Source: Tagaea sp.
GTDB lineage: Bacteria; Pseudomonadota; Alphaproteobacteria; CACIAM-22H2
Length of the DNA stretch: 64,000 bases
Direction of reading: 5' to 3'
NCBI GenBank assembly: GCA_041917215.1
Contig: JAYRYC010000005.1
Coordinates: 103,687 to 167,686 of the forward strand
Position numbers and translations under genes: made by a program. A model generated the notes under the pieces. It made no database searches and was not told the origin of the DNA. It saw only the letters and a program-made list of their open reading frames with translations. This document shows, in pieces, positions 10,681 through 19,899 of this stretch. Each line of letters starts with the position of its first letter. The stretch's first letter is position 1.

Positions 10681-11397
10681 TCAAACGCGGTCATTCGCGT
10701 AAACACGCAATGGAGCGGCTTCGCGTTCGTCCAGCGCCTTGCGCTGGGCGGCGACGATGCCTTCGAGCTCGGCCATGCGCGCGCGCAGGATGCCGAGATC
10801 GCCTTCGAATCGTTCGAGCGCGCGGGCGACGGGGTCTTGCACCTCGCCCGTCGTGCCATAGGCGCAGAAATCGTCGTTCTTCGGCCGGCCAACGACCTTC
10901 GCGGGAATGCCCACCACCGTGGCACCCGCCGGCACCGCTTCGAGAACGACGGCGTTGGAACCGACGCGCGCGTTCTTGCCGACCGTGAACGGCCCGAGGA
11001 TTTTGGCACCCGCGCCGACGATCACGCCGTCGTCCAGCGTAGGATGGCGCTTGCCCTTGTCGAGCGACGTGCCGCCGAGCGTGACGCCTTGATAGAGCGT
11101 CACGTCGTCGCCGATCTCCGCCGTCTCGCCAACCACGACACCCATGCCGTGATCGATGAAGAAGCGTTGGCCGATGCGCGCGGCGGGGTGAATTTCGATT
11201 CCGGTCAGGAAGCGCGAGAACACCGCGATCGCACGGGCGACCAGTTTCAGGCCGCGCGTCCAACACCCATGCGCCAGACGGTGCAGCAGCACCGCATGGA
11301 AGCCGGGGTAGCAAAGCACAACCTCCAGCCGCGAACGGGCGGCCGGGTCGCGGGCCAAGATGGCCTCCATATCCGCGCGAATTGCCTTGAAACTCAT
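10681..11397 (-). CDS. cysE: Serine O-acetyltransferase CysE
   Basis: The protein has hexapeptide-repeat left-handed beta-helix sequence ([41 protein letters not shown]) and a SAT N-terminal domain. The ATG at 11397 starts [14 protein letters not shown]. It lies directly upstream of iscR. Confidence 0.85.
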   Translation of the reverse strand: MSFKAIRADMEAILARDPAARSRLEVVLCYPGFHAVLLHRLAHGCWTRGLKLVARAIAVFSRFLTGIEIHPAARIGQRFFIDHGMGVVVGETAEIGDDVTLYQGVTLGGTSLDKGKRHPTLDDGVIVGAGAKILGPFTVGKNARVGSNAVVLEAVPAGATVVGIPAKVVGRPKNDDFCAYGTTGEVQDPVARALERFEGDLGILRARMAELEGIVAAQRKALDEREAAPLRVYANDRV

Positions 11398-11464
11398 TGT
11401 CTTAACCAATTAACATTCGGAACTGCCTCGAAAAAGCGGTATCCAAAAACCTTCCTGGCCCGCC

Positions 11465-11489
11465 ATACCCGAGAAACGCAGTCGGAATT
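11465..11489. promoter_or_regulatory. Candidate type-1 IscR binding site upstream of cysE-iscR
   Basis: ATACCCGAGAAACGCAGTCGGAATT matches about 17 of 25 positions of the E. coli type-1 consensus ATASYYGACTRwwwYAGTCRRSTAT. It lies 68-92 nt upstream of the cysE start, in the only sizeable promoter gap of the array. Confidence 0.3.
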
Positions 11490-11645
11490 TAGGGAGACCG
11501 ACAAAATCGGTCAAGTATGTTTATCCCTTGCCGCCGGAAGCCGAGTCGTCGTTTCGTACAGCCGCAAAACATAAGCAAATCCAACTTTGGGCTCGATCGC
11601 TGCGGATTTGCCAAAACAGTTCACCTCGTGGAGTAGGACCCGGGA

Positions 11646-12488
11646 ATGCCGGATGTGACGATCAACGGTGCCGAAGGCCGGCTGGAGGGCAAGTTCGCGC
11701 CCGCCAGTGCGGGCGACCGCGCACCCATCGCGCTTCTGCTGCATCCCCATCCGCAGCACGGCGGCACGATGCACAACAAGGTCGTGTACACGCTGAACTT
11801 GGCTTTTCAGAAGGCCGGGTTCTCGACCTTGCGCTTCAATTTCCGCGGCGTGGGCCGCAGCCAAGGCAGCTATGGCCGCGGCGAAGGCGAATTGCAGGAC
11901 GCGGCTTCGGCGCTCGATTGGATTCAGCAGAACCTGCCGAATTCGCGCGGCTGCTGGATCGCGGGTTTCTCGTTCGGCGCTTGGATCGGCATGCAGCTGC
12001 TGATGCGCCGTCCGGAGATCGATCGCTTCATCTCCGTCGCCCCGCCCGCCAACATCTTTGATTTCTCGTTTCTGGCGCCCTGCCCCTCGTCGGGCCTGAT
12101 CGTTCAGGGCGACAAGGACGAGATCGTGCCCGAGGAATCGGTGCTCAAGCTTTCCGAGAAATTGGCGAAGCAAAAGGACATCGTCGTCGATTTCCGCGTC
12201 ATCAAGGGGGCAAACCATTTCTTCGCCGACCGGCTCGATAAGCTCGATGCCATGGTCGCGGAATACGCCGCCTCGGCCCTGCCCACGATGCGCGACGCGG
12301 CCCCGCCGCCGCCGGTGATGGCGCCGCCGCCCCCGCCGCAGCCGGAACGCAAGCCGCCGGCGATTTCCCTGCCGCCCGACGCGCCCAGCCGCGCGGAAGC
12401 GAAGAAGGCCGCCGCCGCCAAGGCGAAGCCCAAGGCCGCCGCGCCGAAGGCCGCGGTCAAAAAAGCCGCGCCCAAAGCGAAACGCTGA
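11646..12488 (+). CDS. Small alpha/beta-hydrolase with a C-terminal Pro/Ala/Lys-rich histone-H1-like tail
   Basis: The hydrolase core reads IAGFSFGAW, with the nucleophile elbow G-F-S-F-G. The last 80 residues are low complexity: [19 protein letters not shown]...[29 protein letters not shown]. The tail is in frame up to the stop. Confidence 0.7.
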   Translation: MPDVTINGAEGRLEGKFAPASAGDRAPIALLLHPHPQHGGTMHNKVVYTLNLAFQKAGFSTLRFNFRGVGRSQGSYGRGEGELQDAASALDWIQQNLPNSRGCWIAGFSFGAWIGMQLLMRRPEIDRFISVAPPANIFDFSFLAPCPSSGLIVQGDKDEIVPEESVLKLSEKLAKQKDIVVDFRVIKGANHFFADRLDKLDAMVAEYAASALPTMRDAAPPPPVMAPPPPPQPERKPPAISLPPDAPSRAEAKKAAAAKAKPKAAAPKAAVKKAAPKAKR

Positions 12489-12523
12489 CGGACACGGCCT
12501 CGGCGTGTTATAGCGCCGCCGCC

Positions 12524-13762
12524 ATGACGAAATTCCGCTCCGAATTCCTGCAAGCGGCGCAAGCGCGCGGCTTCATCCACCAGATCACCGACCCCGAAGG
12601 TCTCGACGCGCGCTTGGCGTCGGGCAAGCAGATGGTCGCGTATATCGGGTTCGATGCGACGGCGGACTCGCTGCATGTCGGGCATCTGTTCCAGATCATG
12701 ACGCTGCGCCTCTTTCAGCGCTGCGGCCACCGGCCGCTGGCGTTGATGGGCGGCGGCACGACCAAGATCGGCGATCCCTCGGGCAAGGACGAAGCGCGCA
12801 AGCTGCTGTCCGAAGCCGATATCGCGGCCAACGTCGCCAGCATCAAGCGCAGCTTCGACAATTATCTCGATTTCGGCGAAGGCAAGGCGCTGATGGTCGA
12901 CAACGCCGAATGGCTCGACAAGCTGCTCTACATTCCGCTGCTGCGCGATATCGGCCGCCATTTCTCGGTCAATCGCATGCTGACGATGGATTCCGTCAAG
13001 CTGCGCTTGGAACGCGACCAGCCTTTGTCGTTCCTCGAATTCAACTACATGATTTTGCAGAGCTACGATTTCGTCGAGCTCGCCAAGCGCTACGATTGCG
13101 CCATGCAGATGGGCGGCTCCGACCAATGGGGCAACATCGTCATGGGCGTCGAGCTCGGCCGGCGTGTCGCCGAGAAGCAGCTCTTCGGTTTGACGACGCC
13201 GCTGCTGACCACCGCCTCGGGCGCCAAGATGGGCAAGACCGCCGCCGGTGCGGTGTGGCTCAGCCAGCAGCGCCTGTCGGTCTACGACTACTACCAATAT
13301 TGGCGGAACACCGAAGACGCCGACGTGATCCGCTTCATGAAGCTGTTCACCGATTTGCCGCTCGACGAGATCGAGAAGCTCGCCAAGCTGCAAGGGGCCG
13401 AGATCAACGAGGCGAAGAAGATCCTCGCCTTCGAGACGACGAAATTGTGCCACGGCGAAGCCGCCGCCGCCGAAGCCGCCGAGACCGCGCGCCGCGCATT
13501 CGAGGAAGGCCAATCGGCCGAAGGCTTGCCGACGGTCGAGTTGCCGAAAGCCGAACTCGCCGCCGGGATCGGCGTGCTCGATCTTTTCGTGCGCGCGGGC
13601 CTCGCCGCATCGAAGGGCGAAGCGCGCCGGCTGGTGCAGGGCAAGGGCGCCAAGCTCGACGACGCGATCGTCGAAAGCGACACGGCTGTCGTGAAGCTTG
13701 ACGGCGGCACGGTCAAACTCACCGCCGGCAAAAAGCGCCACGCGCTGGTGAAGGCAGTTTAA
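12524..13762 (+). CDS. tyrS: Tyrosyl-tRNA synthetase
   Basis: The protein has the class-I HIGH-type motif region ([14 protein letters not shown]) and a KMGKT motif (KMSKS equivalent), plus a C-terminal S4-like domain. Confidence 0.9.
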   Translation: MTKFRSEFLQAAQARGFIHQITDPEGLDARLASGKQMVAYIGFDATADSLHVGHLFQIMTLRLFQRCGHRPLALMGGGTTKIGDPSGKDEARKLLSEADIAANVASIKRSFDNYLDFGEGKALMVDNAEWLDKLLYIPLLRDIGRHFSVNRMLTMDSVKLRLERDQPLSFLEFNYMILQSYDFVELAKRYDCAMQMGGSDQWGNIVMGVELGRRVAEKQLFGLTTPLLTTASGAKMGKTAAGAVWLSQQRLSVYDYYQYWRNTEDADVIRFMKLFTDLPLDEIEKLAKLQGAEINEAKKILAFETTKLCHGEAAAAEAAETARRAFEEGQSAEGLPTVELPKAELAAGIGVLDLFVRAGLAASKGEARRLVQGKGAKLDDAIVESDTAVVKLDGGTVKLTAGKKRHALVKAV

Positions 13763-13787
13763 ATCGTCGTCATTGCAGTCCGTCAGA

Positions 13788-13817
13788 TCCCGGGTCTCGC
13801 TCGCGCTCGCCCGGGAT
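13788..13817. terminator. Palindromic hairpin between convergent tyrS and the amidase gene
   Basis: The sequence is ATCCCGGG-tctcgctcgcgctcg-CCCGGGAT. It has no clear U-tract, so it may be a bidirectional, possibly factor-dependent, stop. Confidence 0.3.
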
Positions 13818-13825
13818 GACGGGAA

Positions 13826-15226
13826 TTACCGGCGCGGATTGCGCGTGAAATACGCGTCGATCGAGCGCACGATGCCGCTCGCCACGCGCTGGCGATATTG
13901 CGGCTTGTTGAGCTGGCCTTCGTCCTGCGCGTTGGAGAGATAGCCAAGCTCGATCAATGCCGACGGCACGTCGGGGGCGCGCAGCACCGCGAAGCCCGCG
14001 AAGCGATGCGGGTTGACGGGCAGCAATTGAACTTCACGCCCCATCTCCTGCACCAGCGACCGCGCGAGCGAGATCGAGTGGTTTGAAGTTTCGCGTTGCG
14101 CGAGATCGATCAGGATCGATGTCACGTCGCGGCTTTCGCGGCTCAAATCCACGCCCGCGATGATGTCGGCGCGGTTTTCGCGCGCGGCCAAGGCGGCGGC
14201 TTCGGAGTCCGACGCGTTTTCCGACAGCGTGTAGATCGATGCCCCCCGCGTTTCGCGGTTGCCCATCGAATCCGCGTGGATCGAAATGAACAGATCGGCC
14301 GATTGCTGACGCGCGATGGCGATGCGATCGCGCAAGCGGATGAACACGTCCTGATCGCGCGTCAGGAACACGCGATATTTGCCGGTCGCTTCCAACTGAC
14401 GCCGGATCTCGCGCGCCATCGCCAGCGTGATGTCCTTCTCGTGCGTGCCGCCAATACCGATGGCGCCGGGATCGACGCCGCCATGGCCGGGATCGAGCAC
14501 GATCACCGGGCGATCCATCCGGCGCGGCGCTTGCGCCGATGGGGCCGAGGGCGCGGCCGCGCGCGGGGCAGGTGCGGCACTCGCGACCTGGGTTGACGGG
14601 GCGACGGGTGCCGGGGCCGCGACTTGCGGAACGCTCGGCGTATGGATCTGCGCCGGCGCGGCGGCGGCGCGCGGGGCGGGCGCCGTTTGCGCGGGCGCGT
14701 CCGGAACAGGTGGCGGCATATTCGCCTGCATGGCGCGCAACACGCCCGACGCACTCCAGGGCTGGACGTCCTGGGCGAAGGCTTCCTGGGTCGTGCGCTC
14801 GAACTCAATCGTCAAGCGATGCCCCGCCCCTTGGCGGGCGGGAAGTTCGAACCGCGCCTCGCGCACCCGTGCGGGCCCGGCAAGGTCCAGGACCAGGCGC
14901 CCGGTCTTCGCGTCGAAGGCGCCATAACGCAATCCGGCGACGAGCCCGCGCGGCGGCGGGTTACCGGCGTTCTGGCGCCAGACCACGGCGGGCAGATCGA
15001 CCACCGCGCGCATCGGTTCCGACAGAAAGAACAACTGATATTCGATCCGGCGCGAGACCTCGACCGTCAGTCGAACTCCCCAAGGGGAGTCTGTTAAATT
15101 GACCGACTGCACGACGATTTCGCGTCCCGACCCCGGGCGCGCGGTACTCTGGGCATGGGCAATGGCCCCTGCCAAAAAAGCCGCCAGCGCTAAAAAGACG
15201 GCGCCAAAGCGCCGGGCCCACAACAT
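13826..15226 (-). CDS. N-acetylmuramoyl-L-alanine amidase (AmiC-like) with N-terminal AMIN domain and Ala/Pro-rich linker
   Basis: The protein has a signal peptide MLWARRFGAVFLALAAFLAGAIAHAQ. Its Amidase_3 core has the motifs VLDPGHGGVDPGAIG and DLFISIHAD. A long linker reads APAPRAAAAPAQIHTPSVPQVAAPAPVAPS. Confidence 0.85.
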   Translation of the reverse strand: MLWARRFGAVFLALAAFLAGAIAHAQSTARPGSGREIVVQSVNLTDSPWGVRLTVEVSRRIEYQLFFLSEPMRAVVDLPAVVWRQNAGNPPPRGLVAGLRYGAFDAKTGRLVLDLAGPARVREARFELPARQGAGHRLTIEFERTTQEAFAQDVQPWSASGVLRAMQANMPPPVPDAPAQTAPAPRAAAAPAQIHTPSVPQVAAPAPVAPSTQVASAAPAPRAAAPSAPSAQAPRRMDRPVIVLDPGHGGVDPGAIGIGGTHEKDITLAMAREIRRQLEATGKYRVFLTRDQDVFIRLRDRIAIARQQSADLFISIHADSMGNRETRGASIYTLSENASDSEAAALAARENRADIIAGVDLSRESRDVTSILIDLAQRETSNHSISLARSLVQEMGREVQLLPVNPHRFAGFAVLRAPDVPSALIELGYLSNAQDEGQLNKPQYRQRVASGIVRSIDAYFTRNPRR

Positions 15227-15742
15227 ATGGTCAACTCCGAGCCTGGATTCCGCCAGCTATATCCCGCGACGCGAGCGACCGACAAGCATCGAACGACTCG
15301 GGTGGAATTTCCGATTGTTACCAGGGGACCCGGTCTGTATGGTGGATTCGTCCGCTGGTGGGGGCCCCTTTAAGACCGGAGTGCCCTCCACCGTGCGAAC
15401 GGCCTCGTGGCCTCCCGGCTTCCGACCCTTTTGGGGACGATCCGGGTTCGGTGCCTGGGACCGTTTCGCGGCGGACGCGCCAGGGCGGCCGGGTCATCTC
15501 CCGCGCGACGCCCCAGGGTTTCGGGTTCGATGCCCGGGCTGGCTTTCCTTCGGGGAAGGCTCCCGGCGCGGCATCCCCGGAATTCGGATTACCCCGCGGC
15601 GCGGGCCAAGGAACCCGCGCGCGACACGCGAACTCCCCTTGGGGCCGTGCGCGAATTCGATCCGGTCTTTGATTTTTTGGGACGCGAACCCGCGTGGTTC
15701 TCGCGCGATCTGGCGTCCCCCAGATAAGTTCGGAGCGGCAGT
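15227..15742 (+). promoter_or_regulatory. Long GC-rich structured 5' leader of rne (candidate autoregulatory RNase E 5'UTR)
   Basis: The roughly 515-nt gap upstream of rne has no credible ORF and is full of GC-rich inverted repeats (for example ccgggttcggtgcctggg...cccagggtttcgggttcg). Long structured rne leaders are the established autoregulation target in other Proteobacteria. Confidence 0.45.
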
Positions 15743-18673
15743 ATGGCCACCAAACGTATGTTGATCGACGCGACGCACCCCGAGGAAACGCGGGTCGTCG
15801 TGCTCGATGGTAACCGCCTCGCGGAATTCGACTTCGAAATCGCGAGCAAGAAACAACTCAAGGGTAACATCTATTTGGCGCGCGTTACGCGCGTCGAACC
15901 TTCCCTTCAAGCGGCGTTCGTGGAGTTCGGCGGCAACCGCCACGGCTTCCTCGCCTTCAACGAAATCCACCCCGACTATTATCGTATTCCGATGTCGGAT
16001 CGCGAGGCGCTGGACGCCGAGCACGATCACGACCACGACGATGTCCGCCACGCGGAACCGGAGCACGCCGCCCCCGCCATCATCGATGTGCCAGTCGACG
16101 AGCCGCCGATCGATCCTTCGTTGATCAACGTGACGCCGGCGGAAAACGCCGGCCCGATCGATCTGCTGCCGCCGCCGCATCTGCCCGAAGCCGCGGTGCC
16201 CGCGCCCGAAACGACCCCGCCCGCGCCCGCAAGCGACGCCGCCCCGGAACTGCCCTTCGCTTCACCCGCCCCGGCGCCGGTCGAAGCCGCGGCACCCGCG
16301 ACGGACGCCACACCGGCCGATGCCGTTCCGACCGAACAGGTCACGGTGGAAACGGCCACGGTTGAAGCGGGCGGCGCCGACTTGCCGCCGCTCGAAGAGC
16401 ATGCCGAACCGCGCCAGCATCACGTCGAAGACCTCGGCGGCGACACGGTCGAGGAAGCGCATGAGACGCGCCGCAGCCGCCGTCCGCAGCGCCACTACAA
16501 AATCCAGGAAGTGATCAAGCGCCGCCAGGTGCTGCTCGTCCAGGTCGTGAAGGAAGAACGCGGCACCAAGGGTGCGGCGCTGACGACCTATCTCTCGCTG
16601 GCCGGCCGCTATTGCGTGCTGATGCCCAACACCGAGCGCGGCGGCGGCATCTCGCGCCGCATCACCTCGCAGCAGGATCGCAAGCGCCTGAAGAGCCTGA
16701 TCGAGGAACTCGACATGCCCGAAGGCATGGCGGTGATCCTGCGCACGGCGGGCATGGAGCGCGACACCTCCGACATCCGGCGCGACTACGAATATCTGAT
16801 GCGCTTGTGGGAGGAGATCCGCGATCTCACCCTGCGTTCGTCCGCACCCGCTTTGATCTACGAGGAGGGTACCCTTCTCAAGCGCGCGATGCGCGACATC
16901 TACTCGGCCGATGTCGGCGAGATCCTGGTCGAAGGCAAGGCCGGCTATGAAGGTGCCAAATCATTCATGTCGATGCTGATGCCGTCGGACATCGGCAAGA
17001 TCCGCCTTTACGAAGATCGCACGGCGCCGCTGTTCCAACGCTTCCAGGTCGAGAACGAGCTCGACGAGATGCACCAGCCCACGGTGCGCCTCAAATCGGG
17101 CGGCTATATCGTCATCAACTCGACCGAAGCCTTGGTCGCGATCGACGTCAACTCGGGCCGCGCCACGCGCGAGCGCCATATCGACGAGACCGCTTACAAG
17201 ACCAATCTCGAAGCCGCCGACGAAGTCGCGCGCCAGCTGCGCTTGCGCGACCTCGCGGGTCTGATCGTCATCGACTTCATCGACATGGACGACCATCGCC
17301 ATCAGGCGGCGGTCGAACGCCGTCTGAAGGAAGCGATGAAGTCCGATCGCGCGCGCATCCAGATCGGGCGCATCTCGGCCTTCGGCCTGTTGGAGCTGTC
17401 GCGTCAGCGCTTGCGCCCGTCGATCGCGGAAATGAGCTTCGAGGTCTGCCCGCATTGCGAGGGCACGGGCCGCATCCGCTCGACCGAGTCCACCGGCCTG
17501 CATGTGCTGCGCGGGATCGAGGAGGAAATCTCCAAGTCGCGCAACACGGGCGAGTTCGTCGTCCATGTGCCCGCGTCCGTGGCGCTCTACCTCTTCAATC
17601 ACAAGCGCGCGGCGCTGGCGGATATCGAAACCCGCCACGGCGTGCGCCTGACCTTCCAGGCCGACGACAAGCTGATCTCGCCCGCCTATCGCGTGGAGCG
17701 CGTGCGCGCCAAGCAAGGCGGCAGCGAAGCGGGCCCCGCCCCGATCCGGCATGTCGAAGACTTCACGCCCAGCGAGCCGCCGGTGCGCGAGCGCGATGAA
17801 TTCGCCGATGCGCGCCATGACGGCGAGCAAGGCGGCGAACGCGAGTTCAATCGTCGCGACGGACGCGGCGAAGGCCGCAACGAAAGCGAAGGCGAGGCCG
17901 ATGGCGAACGCCGGGGCCGCCGCCGCCGCCGTCGCGGCCGCGATCGCGACCGCGATCGTGGCGATCGTCCCCAACACGCCGCCAACGGCGAAGCCCCGCA
18001 ATCGGGCGGCGAGCCCGCGGCCCTGCAAGCACCCACCGGCGACACGCCGGTGGAAGCGGCGCCGATGGACCTCGTCCCCGGCGGCACGGAAGCCCATCGC
18101 CCGCGCGAACCGCGCCCCGTGCCGAACGGCGCCCCGCATAGCGAAAATGGCGAGAACGGCGAGGGCGATGATTCGCGCCGCCGTCGTCGTCGCGGCCGTC
18201 GCGGCGGCCGGCGCCGTCGTGGCGAAGGCGGCGAAGGTTTGGAATCCGGCGCGCCGCAAGCCGCGGAAGGTCAAACGCCCGATGTCGCGAACGGCAACGG
18301 CAATGGCAACGACGCGCAAACGCCGCAGACCGACGCTTACGCGCCAGCCCCCTATCGCGTGCCCGGCCCCGGCGACGATCTCGACCGGCCCGGCTTCGCC
18401 TCGGCCCCGCCGCCGCCGCGCGTTGCGGGCCCCGGCGACGCGCATGATTGGCCGTGGAATCGCCGCGTCGATCAACCCGCGCCGGCGGTCAACGTCGCGG
18501 CCCCGGTTTCGGCACCTGCCCCGATCGTTGCGGAAACCAAGCCGGAAGAACCGGCGGCACCGGCCCCTCAGGCCGCCGCCGCACCGGCCGCCGAGCCTGT
18601 GGCTCCGCCGCCGCCCGAAGACGATCCCAACAAGCCCAAGCGTCGCGGCTGGTGGAATCGCCTGACGGGCTAA
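15743..18673 (+). CDS. rne: Ribonuclease E
   Basis: The N-terminus has an S1 domain (MATKRMLIDATHPEETRVVVLDGNRLAEFDFE...GNIYLARVTRVEPSLQAAFVEFG) with an acidic insertion. The catalytic core is present (DIDETAYKTNLEAADEVARQLRLRDLAGLIVIDFIDM) together with a Zn-link CPxCxGxG. A long Arg/Pro/Glu-rich scaffold forms the C-terminus. Confidence 0.95.
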   Translation: MATKRMLIDATHPEETRVVVLDGNRLAEFDFEIASKKQLKGNIYLARVTRVEPSLQAAFVEFGGNRHGFLAFNEIHPDYYRIPMSDREALDAEHDHDHDDVRHAEPEHAAPAIIDVPVDEPPIDPSLINVTPAENAGPIDLLPPPHLPEAAVPAPETTPPAPASDAAPELPFASPAPAPVEAAAPATDATPADAVPTEQVTVETATVEAGGADLPPLEEHAEPRQHHVEDLGGDTVEEAHETRRSRRPQRHYKIQEVIKRRQVLLVQVVKEERGTKGAALTTYLSLAGRYCVLMPNTERGGGISRRITSQQDRKRLKSLIEELDMPEGMAVILRTAGMERDTSDIRRDYEYLMRLWEEIRDLTLRSSAPALIYEEGTLLKRAMRDIYSADVGEILVEGKAGYEGAKSFMSMLMPSDIGKIRLYEDRTAPLFQRFQVENELDEMHQPTVRLKSGGYIVINSTEALVAIDVNSGRATRERHIDETAYKTNLEAADEVARQLRLRDLAGLIVIDFIDMDDHRHQAAVERRLKEAMKSDRARIQIGRISAFGLLELSRQRLRPSIAEMSFEVCPHCEGTGRIRSTESTGLHVLRGIEEEISKSRNTGEFVVHVPASVALYLFNHKRAALADIETRHGVRLTFQADDKLISPAYRVERVRAKQGGSEAGPAPIRHVEDFTPSEPPVRERDEFADARHDGEQGGEREFNRRDGRGEGRNESEGEADGERRGRRRRRRGRDRDRDRGDRPQHAANGEAPQSGGEPAALQAPTGDTPVEAAPMDLVPGGTEAHRPREPRPVPNGAPHSENGENGEGDDSRRRRRRGRRGGRRRRGEGGEGLESGAPQAAEGQTPDVANGNGNGNDAQTPQTDAYAPAPYRVPGPGDDLDRPGFASAPPPPRVAGPGDAHDWPWNRRVDQPAPAVNVAAPVSAPAPIVAETKPEEPAAPAPQAAAAPAAEPVAPPPPEDDPNKPKRRGWWNRLTG

Positions 18674-18694
18674 GGCTCGTTACGGAAAAAGAAG

Positions 18695-18730
18695 AAGGGC
18701 GCCGGAATTCGTTCCGGCGCCCTTTTTGTT
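18695..18730. terminator. Bidirectional rho-independent terminator for rne (+) and the convergent aminotransferase (-)
   Basis: The stem-loop is GGGCGCCGG-aattcg-ttCCGGCGCCC, followed by TTTTTG and preceded by an A-rich tract. Confidence 0.6.
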
Positions 18731-18740
18731 TGCGTGGGAT

Positions 18741-19898
18741 TTATTTCCGCCAGGCTTTGAGGCGGGCGGCCGCCTCCTGCATATCGGCGAAAGTGCCGGC
18801 GAAGGAAAAGCGCATCGTGCGATGGCCGCGCAGCGGATCGAAATCCTTGCCCGGCGTCGCGGCCACGCCCGCTTCGTCGAGCATGCGGCGGCAGAATTCG
18901 GCGCTGTCGTTGGTCATGTGACCGACATCGCAATAAAGATAGAACGCGCCGTCGGGCGGCGCGAATTCCGCGAAGCCCGCCTTGGGCAACTCGGCGAGCA
19001 AATAGTCGCGATTGGCGCGGTAGTTGCGGATATGGCCTTCGAGCTCCTCGCTCGCGTCGAACGCGGCGACCGCCGCGTGCTGGGCGAGCGTGGGCGGCGA
19101 GATGAATAGATTCTGCGCGAGACATTCGACCGCGCGCACCAGATCGGGCGGCACGATCAGCCAGCCCAAGCGCCAGCCGGTCATCGAGAAATATTTCGAG
19201 AAGCTGTTCACGACGAACATGTCGTCGCCATAGCTCAGCGCCGTTTGCGTCTGCGCGCGGTTCTCGTAGACGACGCCGTGATAGATCTCGTCGGAGACGA
19301 GGCGAATGCCCTTCTTGCGGCAGGTCTCGACCAGGGCTTTGAGATCGCCGGGGCTCAGCATCGAACCGGTCGGGTTCGCGGGGCTCGCCACGATCAATCC
19401 CGCCAGCGTTTCGTCGAGCGAAGCCGGATCGGGCTGGAATTTGGTGCGCGCTTCGGCGGCCAAACCCACCGGCACGCAATCGAGCGCCTTCAGAATATTG
19501 CGATAGGCGGGATAGCCCGGATCGGCGAGCGCCACGCGGTCGCCCGCATCGAACGCCGCCAGAAAAGCGAGCAGGAACGCACCCGACGAGCCGACGGTGA
19601 CGCACACGCGCTCCCACGGCAGATCGATGCCGTACCAATTCTTGTAATGCCGCGCGATCGCTTGGCGCAGTTCGGGAATGCCGAGTGCGAGCGTATAGCC
19701 GAGCTTATCGTTGTCGATCGCGCGCTTGGCCGCTTCGCGCACCAAATGGGGGGCGGGCGTGCCGGGCTGGCCGACTTCGAGATGGACGGATTTGCCCGAC
19801 GCATCTTTGGCGCCGGCGTCGCGCGCGGCGGCCGCGCGCATCACGTCCATGACGATGAACGGCGCGACGTCGGCGCGCTTGGCGATTTTATGCGCCAT
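18741..19898 (-). CDS. Class I/II (aspartate-family) PLP aminotransferase
   Basis: The protein has the motifs SFSKYFSMTGWRLGW (PLP-Lys region) and NPTGS, and the overall AspC-like fold sequence. The ATG at 19898 (MAHKIAKR...) leaves a 1-nt gap to the upstream GGT stop. The track ORF would overlap GGT by 65 nt, so its extent is an alternative start. Confidence 0.75.
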   Translation of the reverse strand: MAHKIAKRADVAPFIVMDVMRAAAARDAGAKDASGKSVHLEVGQPGTPAPHLVREAAKRAIDNDKLGYTLALGIPELRQAIARHYKNWYGIDLPWERVCVTVGSSGAFLLAFLAAFDAGDRVALADPGYPAYRNILKALDCVPVGLAAEARTKFQPDPASLDETLAGLIVASPANPTGSMLSPGDLKALVETCRKKGIRLVSDEIYHGVVYENRAQTQTALSYGDDMFVVNSFSKYFSMTGWRLGWLIVPPDLVRAVECLAQNLFISPPTLAQHAAVAAFDASEELEGHIRNYRANRDYLLAELPKAGFAEFAPPDGAFYLYCDVGHMTNDSAEFCRRMLDEAGVAATPGKDFDPLRGHRTMRFSFAGTFADMQEAAARLKAWRK

Positions 19899-19899
19899 A

